The notes: generated from the sequence alone by a model not told the origin. Shown: positions 8,214 through 17,501, counted from the stretch's first letter. The stretch is 43,576 nucleotides of DNA from Candidatus Bathyarchaeota archaeon (GCA_030672415.1 DAOVGL010000024.1:1-43576), one strand, 5' to 3'. A program made the numbers and translations.

Positions 8214-9119
8214 ATGGTCGTCAAGATCGAAGACACCTACGCAGAAGCCTTCGAAGGCTTGTACTCTCGAGTTATAATAACTGCAGACGACGAGGAAGTT
8301 TTGAGAAAAGCCGCTGAAGACGCCACAGCCAACCCATCAATTGTCATCGGCAGAATCGAAGGAAGCATAGAGAAATGGCTAAGCGAAGACGACACGCCGA
8401 ATGAACGCAAAGGCGCAATCATACAGTTTTGGGGAGGCATAGATGAAAGAAAACCCCTTAACGACTCAATCAAGAAGTTTGAAATTGAAATGTCCTATTC
8501 CATACGCCAAAACATACTTGTCAAACCCTTCACCTCCGTCTTCGACGCCCTTCCCAACCCAGATGGAAAAATTGATATTATGAAACATATAGGGCATTGT
8601 GGAGACGGATTTGAGTGGGAAGAGAAACTATACGGACGTAACATGATCAACGTCCCTCTAATGGTCTCCAATTTCCATATAGAGCGCTATCTAGGCTATG
8701 GACGAGGGGTAATGGGCGGCAACTTCTGGTACATGTGCAAAACCAAGCAAGCAGTGATGAAAGCTGGAAAGAAAGCGCTAAAAGCCATAAGCCAAATAGA
8801 AGGCGTCATCACACCATTCGACATCTGCTCAGCAGGTTCAAAACCTGAAACTAATTTTCCATGGATAGGACCCACCACAAACCATCCCTACTGTCCAACG
8901 CTTAAAAAGAAGCTGGGAAACCAATCGAAAGTTCCAGAAGGTGTCAAGTATATTCCAGAAATCGTGATCAACGGCGTATCCATCCAAGCGGTTAAGGAAG
9001 CGATGAGAGCTGGCATCCACGCAGCCATGAATGTGAATGAGGTGTCAAAAATCTCTGCTGGAAATTACGGAGGAAAACTGGGAAAATACCGGATATATCT
9101 GCGAGAGTTGTTTCCATGA
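8214..9119 (+). CDS. formylmethanofuran--tetrahydromethanopterin N-formyltransferase family protein (Ftr-like)
   Basis: 301 aa, Ftr-like over its full length: N-terminal [56 protein letters not shown], and C-terminal [22 protein letters not shown]. Confidence 0.85.
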   Translation: MVVKIEDTYAEAFEGLYSRVIITADDEEVLRKAAEDATANPSIVIGRIEGSIEKWLSEDDTPNERKGAIIQFWGGIDERKPLNDSIKKFEIEMSYSIRQNILVKPFTSVFDALPNPDGKIDIMKHIGHCGDGFEWEEKLYGRNMINVPLMVSNFHIERYLGYGRGVMGGNFWYMCKTKQAVMKAGKKALKAISQIEGVITPFDICSAGSKPETNFPWIGPTTNHPYCPTLKKKLGNQSKVPEGVKYIPEIVINGVSIQAVKEAMRAGIHAAMNVNEVSKISAGNYGGKLGKYRIYLRELFP

Positions 9120-10018
9120 GTCTGGATGTTGTTTGTTTCGGCGCCTTAAACATGGACAAACTCTACCGAGTGAACAGAATAGCTAGGGAAGAGGAAGAAA
9201 GCGTTATCAGGAGCTTCAAAGAGTCTCCGGGAGGTTCTGCCGCAAACACAGCGGTTGGCTTGGCGAGACTGGGAATAAAAACTGGTTACATAGGAAAAGT
9301 TTCCAATGATCGTGAAGGCAAACTTCTACTAGACAACTTCAAAACGGAAGGCGTTGATACACGCGGAGTAATAGTTTCAAAAGAGGATAGAAGCGGAGTT
9401 GTCATCGGCTTTGTTGATGGAAAAGGTGAGAGAGCGCTCTACGTGGACCCAGGCGTAAACGATACAATCGAACTTAAAGAAATAAATTTAGAATATGCTG
9501 GATCAGCCAAAATTCTACATTTAACGTCGTTTGCTGGAGAGAAACCGTTCAAAGTCCAAAAAACACTTGTAGAAACACTTTCAAACATCAAAGTAAGTCT
9601 TGACCCAGGAGAACTGTACGCGAGAAAAGGACTCGCAACGTTAAAACCCGTAATAAAGAGAAGTTTTGTTATGTTTCTAAATGAAAATGAGATAAAACTG
9701 CTCACAGGAGAGAACTACAAGGAAGGCTCAAAGACTCTAGCGAACGAAGGCATAAGCATAGTTGCGGCTAAGCTGGGCAAGAGAGGATGCTACGTTACGG
9801 ATGGCAAAGAAACTCATCTGGTTAAGCCGTACAAGGTGAAGGTTGTGGACACCACAGGCGCTGGCGACGCGTTCTGCGCCGGCTTCCTATATGGTCTGAT
9901 TAAAAACAAAGATTTACATGAATGTGGAAGATTGGGAAGTTTTGTTGCGTCTCGCTGCATAAGAGAGGCAGGAGCCAGAGAAGGGCTGCCCAAACTTTCA
10001 GATTTGGAGGAAATGTAA
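9116..10018 (+). CDS. PfkB/ribokinase-family sugar or nucleoside kinase
   Basis: 300 aa. N-terminal [15 protein letters not shown] and C-terminal anion-hole motif [20 protein letters not shown] overlap with the Ftr-like stop. Confidence 0.85.
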   Translation: MSLDVVCFGALNMDKLYRVNRIAREEEESVIRSFKESPGGSAANTAVGLARLGIKTGYIGKVSNDREGKLLLDNFKTEGVDTRGVIVSKEDRSGVVIGFVDGKGERALYVDPGVNDTIELKEINLEYAGSAKILHLTSFAGEKPFKVQKTLVETLSNIKVSLDPGELYARKGLATLKPVIKRSFVMFLNENEIKLLTGENYKEGSKTLANEGISIVAAKLGKRGCYVTDGKETHLVKPYKVKVVDTTGAGDAFCAGFLYGLIKNKDLHECGRLGSFVASRCIREAGAREGLPKLSDLEEM

Positions 10019-10020
10019 CG

Positions 10021-10839
10021 CTAAAATTTCTTTGTCAGGTATTCAACCACAGATTCAAAGATTAACCGTCCATCACCATATGTGAGAGTTCTCTCTCTCC
10101 TCGTCCAGTCAGGCAACTGCCAACCGTAATACGATCTTTCAGGATGAGGCATCAACCCGAAAACCGTTCCAGCCGGGTTGCAGATACCAGCGATGTCATG
10201 AAAGGCACCATTCGGATTTATGGGATATTGTCCGTTTGCGGGTTCACCGTTTTCGGCGCAGTATCTAAAGACAAGCTGATCGTTACCATACAACTTTTCT
10301 AAGTAACGGTTCTCATTCTCTTTTGGAAGGACAAATCTTCCCTCAGCATGAGCTACTGGTATTCTTAACACCTTTCCCTTCGCAACTTTCCGGGTGAAAA
10401 TGCATTTGCCAGAGTTTTCGTGTCGGACGTAAACCCAGCTACAATGATACCCTATTGGAGTGTTGGTGGCTAAAGCCGCTTCTGGATACTCAGCGATTCC
10501 TTCAAAGCCCGGCAACAAACCGATTTCCACCAGCACTTGAAACCCGTTACAAATCCCCAAAATAGGTCTCTCTTCTTCAACAAACTCTTTTAAATCGTCG
10601 CCAATCTTAGCTAAAGCTTCTTTAGCCCAGATGGCTCCAGCTCTCACGTAATCGCCGTGAGAAAAACCGCCGGGAAATATGAGGGCACTGTAGTCAAGGA
10701 GGTTTCTCTTTTTGACTATTTCGTTTGAATGAACAACCTCGGCTTTTACTCCTAAATCGTCGAATGCCCTTTTGGTTTCTGCGTCGCAGTTGGTTCCAGC
10801 AACCCTCATTATGCAAACGTTGATGTCTTCTTTTTTCAT
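10021..10839 (-). CDS. purQ: phosphoribosylformylglycinamidine synthase, glutaminase subunit
   Basis: Class I amidotransferase triad context: GICNGFQVL, HAEGRF, MPHPER. ATG 10839 forms an ATGA overlap with the purL stop, so I prefer it over the track's upstream ATG at 10866. Confidence 0.9.
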   Translation of the reverse strand: MKKEDINVCIMRVAGTNCDAETKRAFDDLGVKAEVVHSNEIVKKRNLLDYSALIFPGGFSHGDYVRAGAIWAKEALAKIGDDLKEFVEEERPILGICNGFQVLVEIGLLPGFEGIAEYPEAALATNTPIGYHCSWVYVRHENSGKCIFTRKVAKGKVLRIPVAHAEGRFVLPKENENRYLEKLYGNDQLVFRYCAENGEPANGQYPINPNGAFHDIAGICNPAGTVFGLMPHPERSYYGWQLPDWTRRERTLTYGDGRLIFESVVEYLTKKF

Positions 10840-13241
10840 TTTTGTCCTCCAAAGGTGCTTTTCCAAGCGTCTCTTAATCTGCCTAAACTGGCGTTAACTA
10901 CTCGTTTACCATTTAGACCAAATACAGAAAGACGCTTATTCTTCTCAACTCTACCTACTGCTGAACAAACATTCCTTTCCATCAATGCTTCGAACTGTTC
11001 TCTACGTTTCTCTGGAACTTCCATCAAGAACCTGCTGTTGGATTCCGAGAAGATAACATAGTCATTTCTTTTCATATTCCTAGCTCTCGGAACACTTCCC
11101 AGATTCAGTTGTATTCCATATCCCCCGCTGAAAGCCATTTCAGCAGCTGCCACCGCTAAGCCTCCTTCAGAAAGGTCATGGCATGACGTTACATATCCAG
11201 AATCGATTGCTTCAACAACCGCGTTTATGGTTCGTTTCGCCTGCGCTGTCCTAACCTTAGGAACAGCTTTCCCTAGAAAACCTCTCAACCCATAATATTC
11301 GGAGCCACCCAGCTCATGGTATGTTTGACCAACCATGTAAATCAGATTTCCCGGACTTTTCACATCCGCTGAAACCGTTTTTCTTATGTCCGGGATAATC
11401 CCAATCGCTGTGATTAGGAGAGTTGGAGTAACTGGATTTGAAGCATCAGGTCCAATGCGCAACTCGTTGTAGAGACTGTCTTTGCCAGAGATGAACGGAG
11501 TTTCAAATGCCTTCGCGAAATCGTAGCAGGCTTGGCAGGCTCTAACCAGTGATCCAGTTCTATCTGGTTTTTCTGGGCTGCCCCATGTGAAATTGTCTAG
11601 TAACGCGATTCTTCTTCCTCCAACTGAAATGTTGTTTCTGATTGCTTCATCCACTGCGGAGGCAGCCATCCAGTATGGATCAATTTTTCCATAGTTAGGG
11701 TTCATTCCACAAGAGATGACGATTCCCTTCCAAGAGTTTGATAATGGTTTTATAACAGCCGCGTCACTCAGTCCACCGTATCTTCCTTGCAGCGGTTTTA
11801 ACACGGTGTTCCCCTTAACTTCATGATCATAGGTTCTTATCACTGACTCTTTGCTTGCAACGTTTGGGGAAGACAGAATTTTCAACAGGTCATGGGTTAA
11901 GTCGTTTGGTTCAGCAAAACTTGGTTCGATAAGATTTGGTTTTTTCCATCTTGCGACTCTTCTAGCTTTCGGTGGATTATACAGGAAATGCAAGTCTAGT
12001 TCCGCAACTGTTTGTCCACGGTAATAGGCTTGAAGCATTTTGTTGCCGGTAAATTTTCCAACAGGAGTTGCTTCTATGTCCTCACTTTCAAAGATGTCTA
12101 AGACTTTCTGGAGGTTTTTCTCTTTAACAGATAACAGCATTCTTTCCTGTGACTCGGAAACGTAAATTTCCCACGGACTCATTCCAAGATGTTTGAGAGC
12201 AACCTTTTCAAGTTCAACTTGAACCCCACAATTCGATCTGTGAGCCATCTCACCTGTGGCGCAGGATAACCCTCCGCCGCCCAGGTCGGTTATGGCAGAG
12301 CCCAGTTTTCTGTCTCGTATTTTAATGATGGCGCGCTTGAGTTTTTCTTCTTCTATAGGATTTGCGATTTGAACTGCTGATCTAGAAACCTCCTCCGACT
12401 CCTTTGTCAGTTCGGCTGATGCGAAGGTTACTCCGTGAATTCCATCTCGGCCGGTTCTTCCACCCGCTAAAACAGCTATGTCTCCGGGCATTGTGTTTCT
12501 TGTAAACTTGTTCGTTGGAAGAACTCCTATGCAGCCGCAGTAAACCACAACGTTGCCCACATAGCTTTCATCAAAATATATTGCACCGTTAACGGTAGGT
12601 ATGCCCATGTTGTTTCCATAGTGGCCGATGCCAGCGACAACTCCTTTGAAAAGGTAATTTGGATGTTTTGTTCCAAGAGGAAGCTTTTCATAGTCATAAT
12701 TTAAGGGTCCGAAACAGAGAACATCTGTGCAGGCTATGGGGTCAGCCCAAACCCCCAGTATATCTCTAATAACTCCGCCTGTGCCAGTGGCAGCGCCTCC
12801 AAAAGGTTCTATGGCTGATGGATGGTTATGGGTCTCCACCTTCGCGGCGATTGCGTAACCGTTTTCAAAGTCAACTATGCCTGCGTTGTCCTCGAACACG
12901 GAGAGGCACCATGGCAAGTTGAGTTCTCGCGTAACCTTTGCTATGTATTCTTTGAACATGTTGGTTACGAGTAATTTTCCCTTCGCCGTCACAATGTCGC
13001 CCTTGAAGGTTTTGTGGCAGCAGTGTTCTGACCAGGTTTGGCCAATGGTTTGGAGTTCAACGTCGGTTGGGTTTCTTCCTTTTTTTGAAAAGTGTTGTTT
13101 AACGTGTTTCATTTCCTTGAGGCTTAGACCAACTCCTAGTTCACTGCTGATTTGAAGTAGTTCTTTTTCATCCGCATCTAACACGTTTATTTCAGAAAGC
13201 TCGAAGTCCAAGTTTCTCTTAATGTAAAGACGAGAAGTCAT
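10836..13241 (-). CDS. purL: phosphoribosylformylglycinamidine synthase subunit PurL (small PurL)
   Basis: About 800 aa. The N-terminus has PTDVELQTIGQTWSEHCCHKTFKG, followed by duplicated AIR-synthase-like domains. ATG 13241 forms an ATGA overlap with the purS stop. Confidence 0.95.
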   Translation of the reverse strand: MTSRLYIKRNLDFELSEINVLDADEKELLQISSELGVGLSLKEMKHVKQHFSKKGRNPTDVELQTIGQTWSEHCCHKTFKGDIVTAKGKLLVTNMFKEYIAKVTRELNLPWCLSVFEDNAGIVDFENGYAIAAKVETHNHPSAIEPFGGAATGTGGVIRDILGVWADPIACTDVLCFGPLNYDYEKLPLGTKHPNYLFKGVVAGIGHYGNNMGIPTVNGAIYFDESYVGNVVVYCGCIGVLPTNKFTRNTMPGDIAVLAGGRTGRDGIHGVTFASAELTKESEEVSRSAVQIANPIEEEKLKRAIIKIRDRKLGSAITDLGGGGLSCATGEMAHRSNCGVQVELEKVALKHLGMSPWEIYVSESQERMLLSVKEKNLQKVLDIFESEDIEATPVGKFTGNKMLQAYYRGQTVAELDLHFLYNPPKARRVARWKKPNLIEPSFAEPNDLTHDLLKILSSPNVASKESVIRTYDHEVKGNTVLKPLQGRYGGLSDAAVIKPLSNSWKGIVISCGMNPNYGKIDPYWMAASAVDEAIRNNISVGGRRIALLDNFTWGSPEKPDRTGSLVRACQACYDFAKAFETPFISGKDSLYNELRIGPDASNPVTPTLLITAIGIIPDIRKTVSADVKSPGNLIYMVGQTYHELGGSEYYGLRGFLGKAVPKVRTAQAKRTINAVVEAIDSGYVTSCHDLSEGGLAVAAAEMAFSGGYGIQLNLGSVPRARNMKRNDYVIFSESNSRFLMEVPEKRREQFEALMERNVCSAVGRVEKNKRLSVFGLNGKRVVNASLGRLRDAWKSTFGGQK

Positions 13242-13489
13242 TTCACTTCCTCTATGTTGAAACGATAGTTGTCTTTGGTTGGATTTGCCAGTAGTCTCCG
13301 GCACATTTCATCTGCATGTCTCTGGACCTCTTTTAGAGATTTTGCGTGAAGGAACACCTCATAAACCTTACTTACCTTAACTGTTTCCACTGGGTACCTT
13401 AACCCTTTCAGAGATTTTGCGGTAGTTTCTCCTTCAGGATCAGAATGACCTGGTTTGAGAGAAACCTCGATTTTAACTCTGTATCTCAT
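13238..13489 (-). CDS. purS: phosphoribosylformylglycinamidine synthase subunit PurS
   Basis: 83 aa: VKIEVSLKPGHSDPEGETTAKSLKGLRY...CRRLLANPTKDNY. This is the typical PurS pattern, at the head of purS-purL-purQ. Confidence 0.9.
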   Translation of the reverse strand: MRYRVKIEVSLKPGHSDPEGETTAKSLKGLRYPVETVKVSKVYEVFLHAKSLKEVQRHADEMCRRLLANPTKDNYRFNIEEVK

Positions 13490-13558
13490 GAGATATTATT
13501 AAACAATTAAAAATTTAAGTTTTTCTCAGATAAAAATTTAAATGAATGTTTAAAAAAT

Positions 13559-14641
13559 TCATAGCTCGATTTTCTTTTCTTTATACAAAGCAACAATTTT
13601 TCTTGAATCAGTCACTCTCCCGATCTGCTCAGTCTCCACAGCGTTCTTTTCAAAATTATCAATAAGATCATCTCCATCCGCTCTATCAGCAATCACCGCA
13701 AAGCCCCATCCCATGTTGAAGGTTTTCAGCATCTCCTCATCCCTAATTACGCCGCCCATCTCTAAGGCAGTTTCCTGAATCAGTTGAAATAGGGGTTGCG
13801 GCTTAAAGTTGTTGAACTCAAACCCGATTCCCTTAGAAAACTTCATCAACCTATCAAATTTCAAGTAGGCGTCACCAGTGATGTGAACTAACCCCTTAAC
13901 CTCATGATTTTTTGCAATATTCAACACTGGCTTAACGTAGATTCTCGTTGGCTTCAGAACTTCATAAATGAGTTCTCTTTCAAACCCGTCAGGAACATCG
14001 TGCAGTTCATACTTGCCATCCCACTGTTTGAAAAGAACTTTTCGTGCTAGTGATATTCCGTTGCTGTGGATGCCAGAACTTCGTAAGCCTATAACTACGT
14101 CTCCTGGTTCAATGTTGTTGCCGAAGACTGTGTCTTCTTTGAACAATTCTCCTATACAAGCGAAAATCATGTCGAACCCTTTTCCTTCCACTGTTCCTCG
14201 GATAATTTCGGCTACATCTCCTATTTCTCCGCTTGGCACAAAACATTCAGCTCCAGTTGCGCCCTTCACTATGCCTTTCATCCATTCGCTTACCAAATGA
14301 GGATCCGACATCTGAGCGTGGATGTTGTCCACAACTGCGATGGGTCTTGCACCGGATCTGATTACATCATTTACTGCCATCGCAACTCCGTCAATGCCGA
14401 TAGTGTCGTATTTGTTTGCTAGTTGTGCCAGAAGAACTTTGGTTCCGATGCCTTCTATAACAAAATCGAAGTATCGATTGCCAACTGGGAAAATGTTGCC
14501 GTAGGGAAGTTTAATGACTTTTCCATATCTGCTGAATCTATAGGTTTGTTTAAGAGCCGTCAAGGCGGCTTTGGACTTCGCTCTTAATTCTCTGTCTACT
14601 CCCGCCTCCGCGTACGTAAACTCTCTTGACATAGGTTTCAC
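13559..14641 (-). CDS. purM: phosphoribosylformylglycinamidine cyclo-ligase (AIR synthetase)
   Basis: 360 aa with PurM-type N- and C-domains (EGIGTKVLLA, DGVAMAVNDV, SSGIHSNG). Pur operon context. Confidence 0.9.
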   Translation of the reverse strand: MKPMSREFTYAEAGVDRELRAKSKAALTALKQTYRFSRYGKVIKLPYGNIFPVGNRYFDFVIEGIGTKVLLAQLANKYDTIGIDGVAMAVNDVIRSGARPIAVVDNIHAQMSDPHLVSEWMKGIVKGATGAECFVPSGEIGDVAEIIRGTVEGKGFDMIFACIGELFKEDTVFGNNIEPGDVVIGLRSSGIHSNGISLARKVLFKQWDGKYELHDVPDGFERELIYEVLKPTRIYVKPVLNIAKNHEVKGLVHITGDAYLKFDRLMKFSKGIGFEFNNFKPQPLFQLIQETALEMGGVIRDEEMLKTFNMGWGFAVIADRADGDDLIDNFEKNAVETEQIGRVTDSRKIVALYKEKKIEL

Positions 14642-14652
14642 TTGTTACGTAA

Positions 14653-14823
14653 CTATCTTCTGAAGCCTCTTGCTCTTTGCGGAGTTGTGTAGATTATGCT
14701 TCTGAAACCATAGTCTCTCTGCTCTACCCAGGCGTCAAGAGCAGAGTGGCCTCCCAAGTTGAGTCCAACTGGTTCTCGGTAGGATTTAGCGATTTCTTGC
14801 ATTTCTTCTCTTTCTATGACCAA
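14653..14823 (-). CDS. unannotated 56-aa ORF between purC and purM (unknown function)
   Basis: Below the track's size cut-off. TTG start 5-6 nt downstream of a strong GAGGTGA Shine-Dalgarno. Sequence (M)VIEREEMQEIAKSYREPVGLNLGGHSALDAWVEQRDYGFRSIIYTTPQRARGFRR*. It fills an otherwise unexplained 209-nt gap in a tightly packed operon. Confidence 0.4.
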   Translation of the reverse strand: MVIEREEMQEIAKSYREPVGLNLGGHSALDAWVEQRDYGFRSIIYTTPQRARGFRR

Positions 14824-14850
14824 ACTAAATCACCTCATGAGCGAGCTATA

Positions 14851-15702
14851 TCAGAACTTTCTACCAGTTAATCTTTCATATGCTTGGATGTATCGTTGAC
14901 TTGTTTTATTTATGATCTTCTTAGGTAAGATGGGTTCAGTTAATTTTGTTCCCGGCGCTGGCTGATTTTTATCCCAGCCCTTCACTTTTTCAAGATAGTC
15001 TCTAACAATCTGTTTATCAAAGCTTTCCTGTATTTTGTTGGGCTGATACTTGCTTGCGTCCCAAAACCTGCAACCATCAGGTGTTTCCGCTTCATCAGCT
15101 AAAATTATTTTTCCCTCTTCATCTATTCCAAATTCCAATTTGAAGTCGGCGAGAATGAACCCAGCTTTCTCCGCATCCTTTAACATCAACTCGTTTAATT
15201 GCAGTGTAATTTTTTTAATTTGGTCAATTTCAGGAGTTCCTAACCATCCTCTAGATATTACCTCTTGCTCAGTTAGCGGTTTATCTTTAGTCTCAAACTT
15301 GGTGGTAAACTCAATTAACGGTTCACTTAGCTTCGCAGCTAACACGCGGTCTGTTCCTTCTGGAAGTTGAACTTCACCGCGTTGGTATCGTTTCCAGTAC
15401 GAACCGTAAACGTAGTTTCTCCCTATCACCTCGATTGGTATGAGAAATAACTTCTTAGCTAGCATCTCGTTGGGAGCAGGAACATCTATCATGTGAGTTT
15501 CAATACCATTGTCTTCGCAGTTCGCAAAACAGTGGGCAGCGAGACGGCAAAGAACTTGACCTTTTTGCGGAATCTTGTCAGCCAACATTACATCATGGGA
15601 AGACAGCCGGTCTGTAAAAACGAACAGAAGCTCTTCTTTACTCACGTCATAGACATCCTTAACTTTGCCGCTTCGCAAAAACCGTTTTTCTATTTTGCTC
15701 AT
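14851..15702 (-). CDS. purC: phosphoribosylaminoimidazole-succinocarboxamide synthase
   Basis: 283 aa, long-form SAICAR synthetase: GKVKDVYDV, LLFVFTDRLSSHDV, LADFKLEFG. Confidence 0.95.
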   Translation of the reverse strand: MSKIEKRFLRSGKVKDVYDVSKEELLFVFTDRLSSHDVMLADKIPQKGQVLCRLAAHCFANCEDNGIETHMIDVPAPNEMLAKKLFLIPIEVIGRNYVYGSYWKRYQRGEVQLPEGTDRVLAAKLSEPLIEFTTKFETKDKPLTEQEVISRGWLGTPEIDQIKKITLQLNELMLKDAEKAGFILADFKLEFGIDEEGKIILADEAETPDGCRFWDASKYQPNKIQESFDKQIVRDYLEKVKGWDKNQPAPGTKLTEPILPKKIINKTSQRYIQAYERLTGRKF

Positions 15703-15715
15703 TTTTTTGCCTCTA

Positions 15716-16222
15716 TCAGTCTTTTAAGTTAGAAATTTTCTTTCCTCTCACTTTTTTGTCAGCGGTTTTAACTTCTAGCTTCTTCTCCAGCTGGAACTTA
15801 CCAACTTTTTCGGATAGCGCCGGGTTTTCCATGCCTAAAATTTTTGCCGCCGCTAACGCGGCGTTTTCCGGGTTAAGTACAACTAATGGAGCGACTCCAC
15901 TCGGGGTTCTTAGGGAGGAGTAAATGTCGGCGCCTCCAAACTTTTCTGAGTATGGGGGGCAAGCTATAACTGGATGTTTTGTGTTGGCGTCCACTAGTCC
16001 GGAAAGCGCGTTAGACCTGCCAGCAACTGTAATGTAAACGATGTTGTTTCCAGACTTTTCATATTCCTCTAATAGATTCAGTAAATCTCTGGGTGTTTTG
16101 TGCGCCGAGGCTATTCTATACTCGTAGTCAACGCCAAATTTTTCTAGGACATGACCTATGGAAGCTGCAAAGTTGAGGTCACGTTTGGAACCCATTATGA
16201 TGACGACTTGTTGCTTTTGCAT
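15716..16222 (-). CDS. purE: phosphoribosylaminoimidazole carboxylase catalytic subunit / N5-CAIR mutase family (PurE)
   Basis: 168 aa: VVIIMGSKRDL, IASAHKTP, VAGRSNALSG. No purK in the window. Confidence 0.95.
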   Translation of the reverse strand: MQKQQVVIIMGSKRDLNFAASIGHVLEKFGVDYEYRIASAHKTPRDLLNLLEEYEKSGNNIVYITVAGRSNALSGLVDANTKHPVIACPPYSEKFGGADIYSSLRTPSGVAPLVVLNPENAALAAAKILGMENPALSEKVGKFQLEKKLEVKTADKKVRGKKISNLKD

Positions 16223-16246
16223 GAGAGTCTATATTTAGAGAAAACC

Positions 16247-16254
16247 TATATAAA
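16247..16254 (-). promoter_or_regulatory. TATA box (TTTATATA on minus strand) 24 nt upstream of the purE ATG, suggesting a leaderless purE-purC-orf-purM transcript
   Basis: Read directly. No Shine-Dalgarno lies between the box and the ATG. Confidence 0.45.
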
Positions 16255-16297
16255 CGCAAAGGGTCGTTTTCGGCTTTTTACGATTATTAAGATAGCC

Positions 16298-17446
16298 TTA
16301 TTCTTTCACGAATAATATTAGGGCTGTTGCTAGGATTGTTAATCCTAGAGAGAAGTAGAATGGTGCCAACTTTCCAAAACTGACCCACAGCAGGCCAGCG
16401 ATAACTGAAGCGGGTAATGCGCACAATCCAATGGTCATTTGAAACGCTCCTAACATGCTTGCGCGATATTCTGTTGGCGACAGTTCAGAGACAAATGTTC
16501 TTTGTATCGGCTCTATCGCTGCTCTGTGCAGACCGTACAAGACAAACAACAGCATAACTCCTGTGTAAGATTCAATGTAAATGAAGCCTACGCACGTTAA
16601 TCCCCAAAAGAGATAAGACAAAACTAACACCAATTTTCTATTTAGTTTATCTGCGAGTTTTCCAAACGGCAATGACATTAATGAAGCTGCAGCCGTGAAG
16701 ATCAAGTACAAAACTGGAATAAACATTTCTTCAAAACCGAATTCTCGTGCATAAACCAGCAGGAAGGAATAGCTGAAGGAGCCCAAGGCGAACACGGCGC
16801 TTAGTATTAGAAACAGCTTCAAATTGAGAGTCAAGTCTTTCAAGGAAAGTCTCTTATAGATTTCCTTAGTTTTTCTGTCCTTTATGAATACGAGAATCAA
16901 CAGAACGCCGATTAGGGATGGAATCGAAGCGAGCAGGAACAAGTTTCTGTATCCGAGATAGCTCAAGAGCAGGATAGAAACTATCACGCCGCAGGCAGCG
17001 CCCAAGTGATCCATGGCCCTCAACAAACCGAAGTTTCTTCCCCTGTTTTCCCTTGTAGAAATATCAGCAACGATGGCGTCTCTTGGTGCTCCCCTTATCT
17101 TTCCGAATCTGTCCAAAATTCTGAAGGGAATTAGAGATTGCCATATGGTTGATAGGGCATAACCGACTCTGGACAGTGATCCTAACAAGTAGCCAGTCCA
17201 GATGAAAACCTTTCTTTTCCTTAGCCTGTCAGAAAGATATCCGGAGCCTGCTTGGGACACTGAAACGACAGCGTAACCTATGCCATCTATTAACCCAAGA
17301 ACAGCTACATTTGCTCCTAAGAATGAGGTTACAAATAGGGGCCAGATAGGATAAATCATATCCGAACCGAAGTCGTTCAGAAAGGACGCTGACGAAAAGA
17401 CTGCCATGAACCTTTTAGTTTTGTTGTGCATTAATTGTGCTCCCAC
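16298..17446 (-). CDS. MFS transporter
   Basis: 382 aa, about 10-12 hydrophobic helices, MFS loop motif G-YLSDRLRKRK between TM2 and TM3. The start could be GTG 17446 or ATG 17431. Confidence 0.8.
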   Translation of the reverse strand: MGAQLMHNKTKRFMAVFSSASFLNDFGSDMIYPIWPLFVTSFLGANVAVLGLIDGIGYAVVSVSQAGSGYLSDRLRKRKVFIWTGYLLGSLSRVGYALSTIWQSLIPFRILDRFGKIRGAPRDAIVADISTRENRGRNFGLLRAMDHLGAACGVIVSILLLSYLGYRNLFLLASIPSLIGVLLILVFIKDRKTKEIYKRLSLKDLTLNLKLFLILSAVFALGSFSYSFLLVYAREFGFEEMFIPVLYLIFTAAASLMSLPFGKLADKLNRKLVLVLSYLFWGLTCVGFIYIESYTGVMLLFVLYGLHRAAIEPIQRTFVSELSPTEYRASMLGAFQMTIGLCALPASVIAGLLWVSFGKLAPFYFSLGLTILATALILFVKE

Positions 17447-17501
17447 TCTTAGCTTTTCATCAATTGATAATTGTACTTTATGGGAGATATCCAGCTAAGT
17501 T

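Noticed and set aside
10855-15732. Antisense ORFs inside purL, purM, purC and the purC/purE junction: 10855-11061, 12877-13155, 13968-14300, 14322-14504, 14677-14871, 15050-15370 and 15493-15732.
   Set aside because: These are shadow frames of well-supported pur genes. ORF 14677-14871 is antisense to the better-supported SD-preceded 56-aa ORF.
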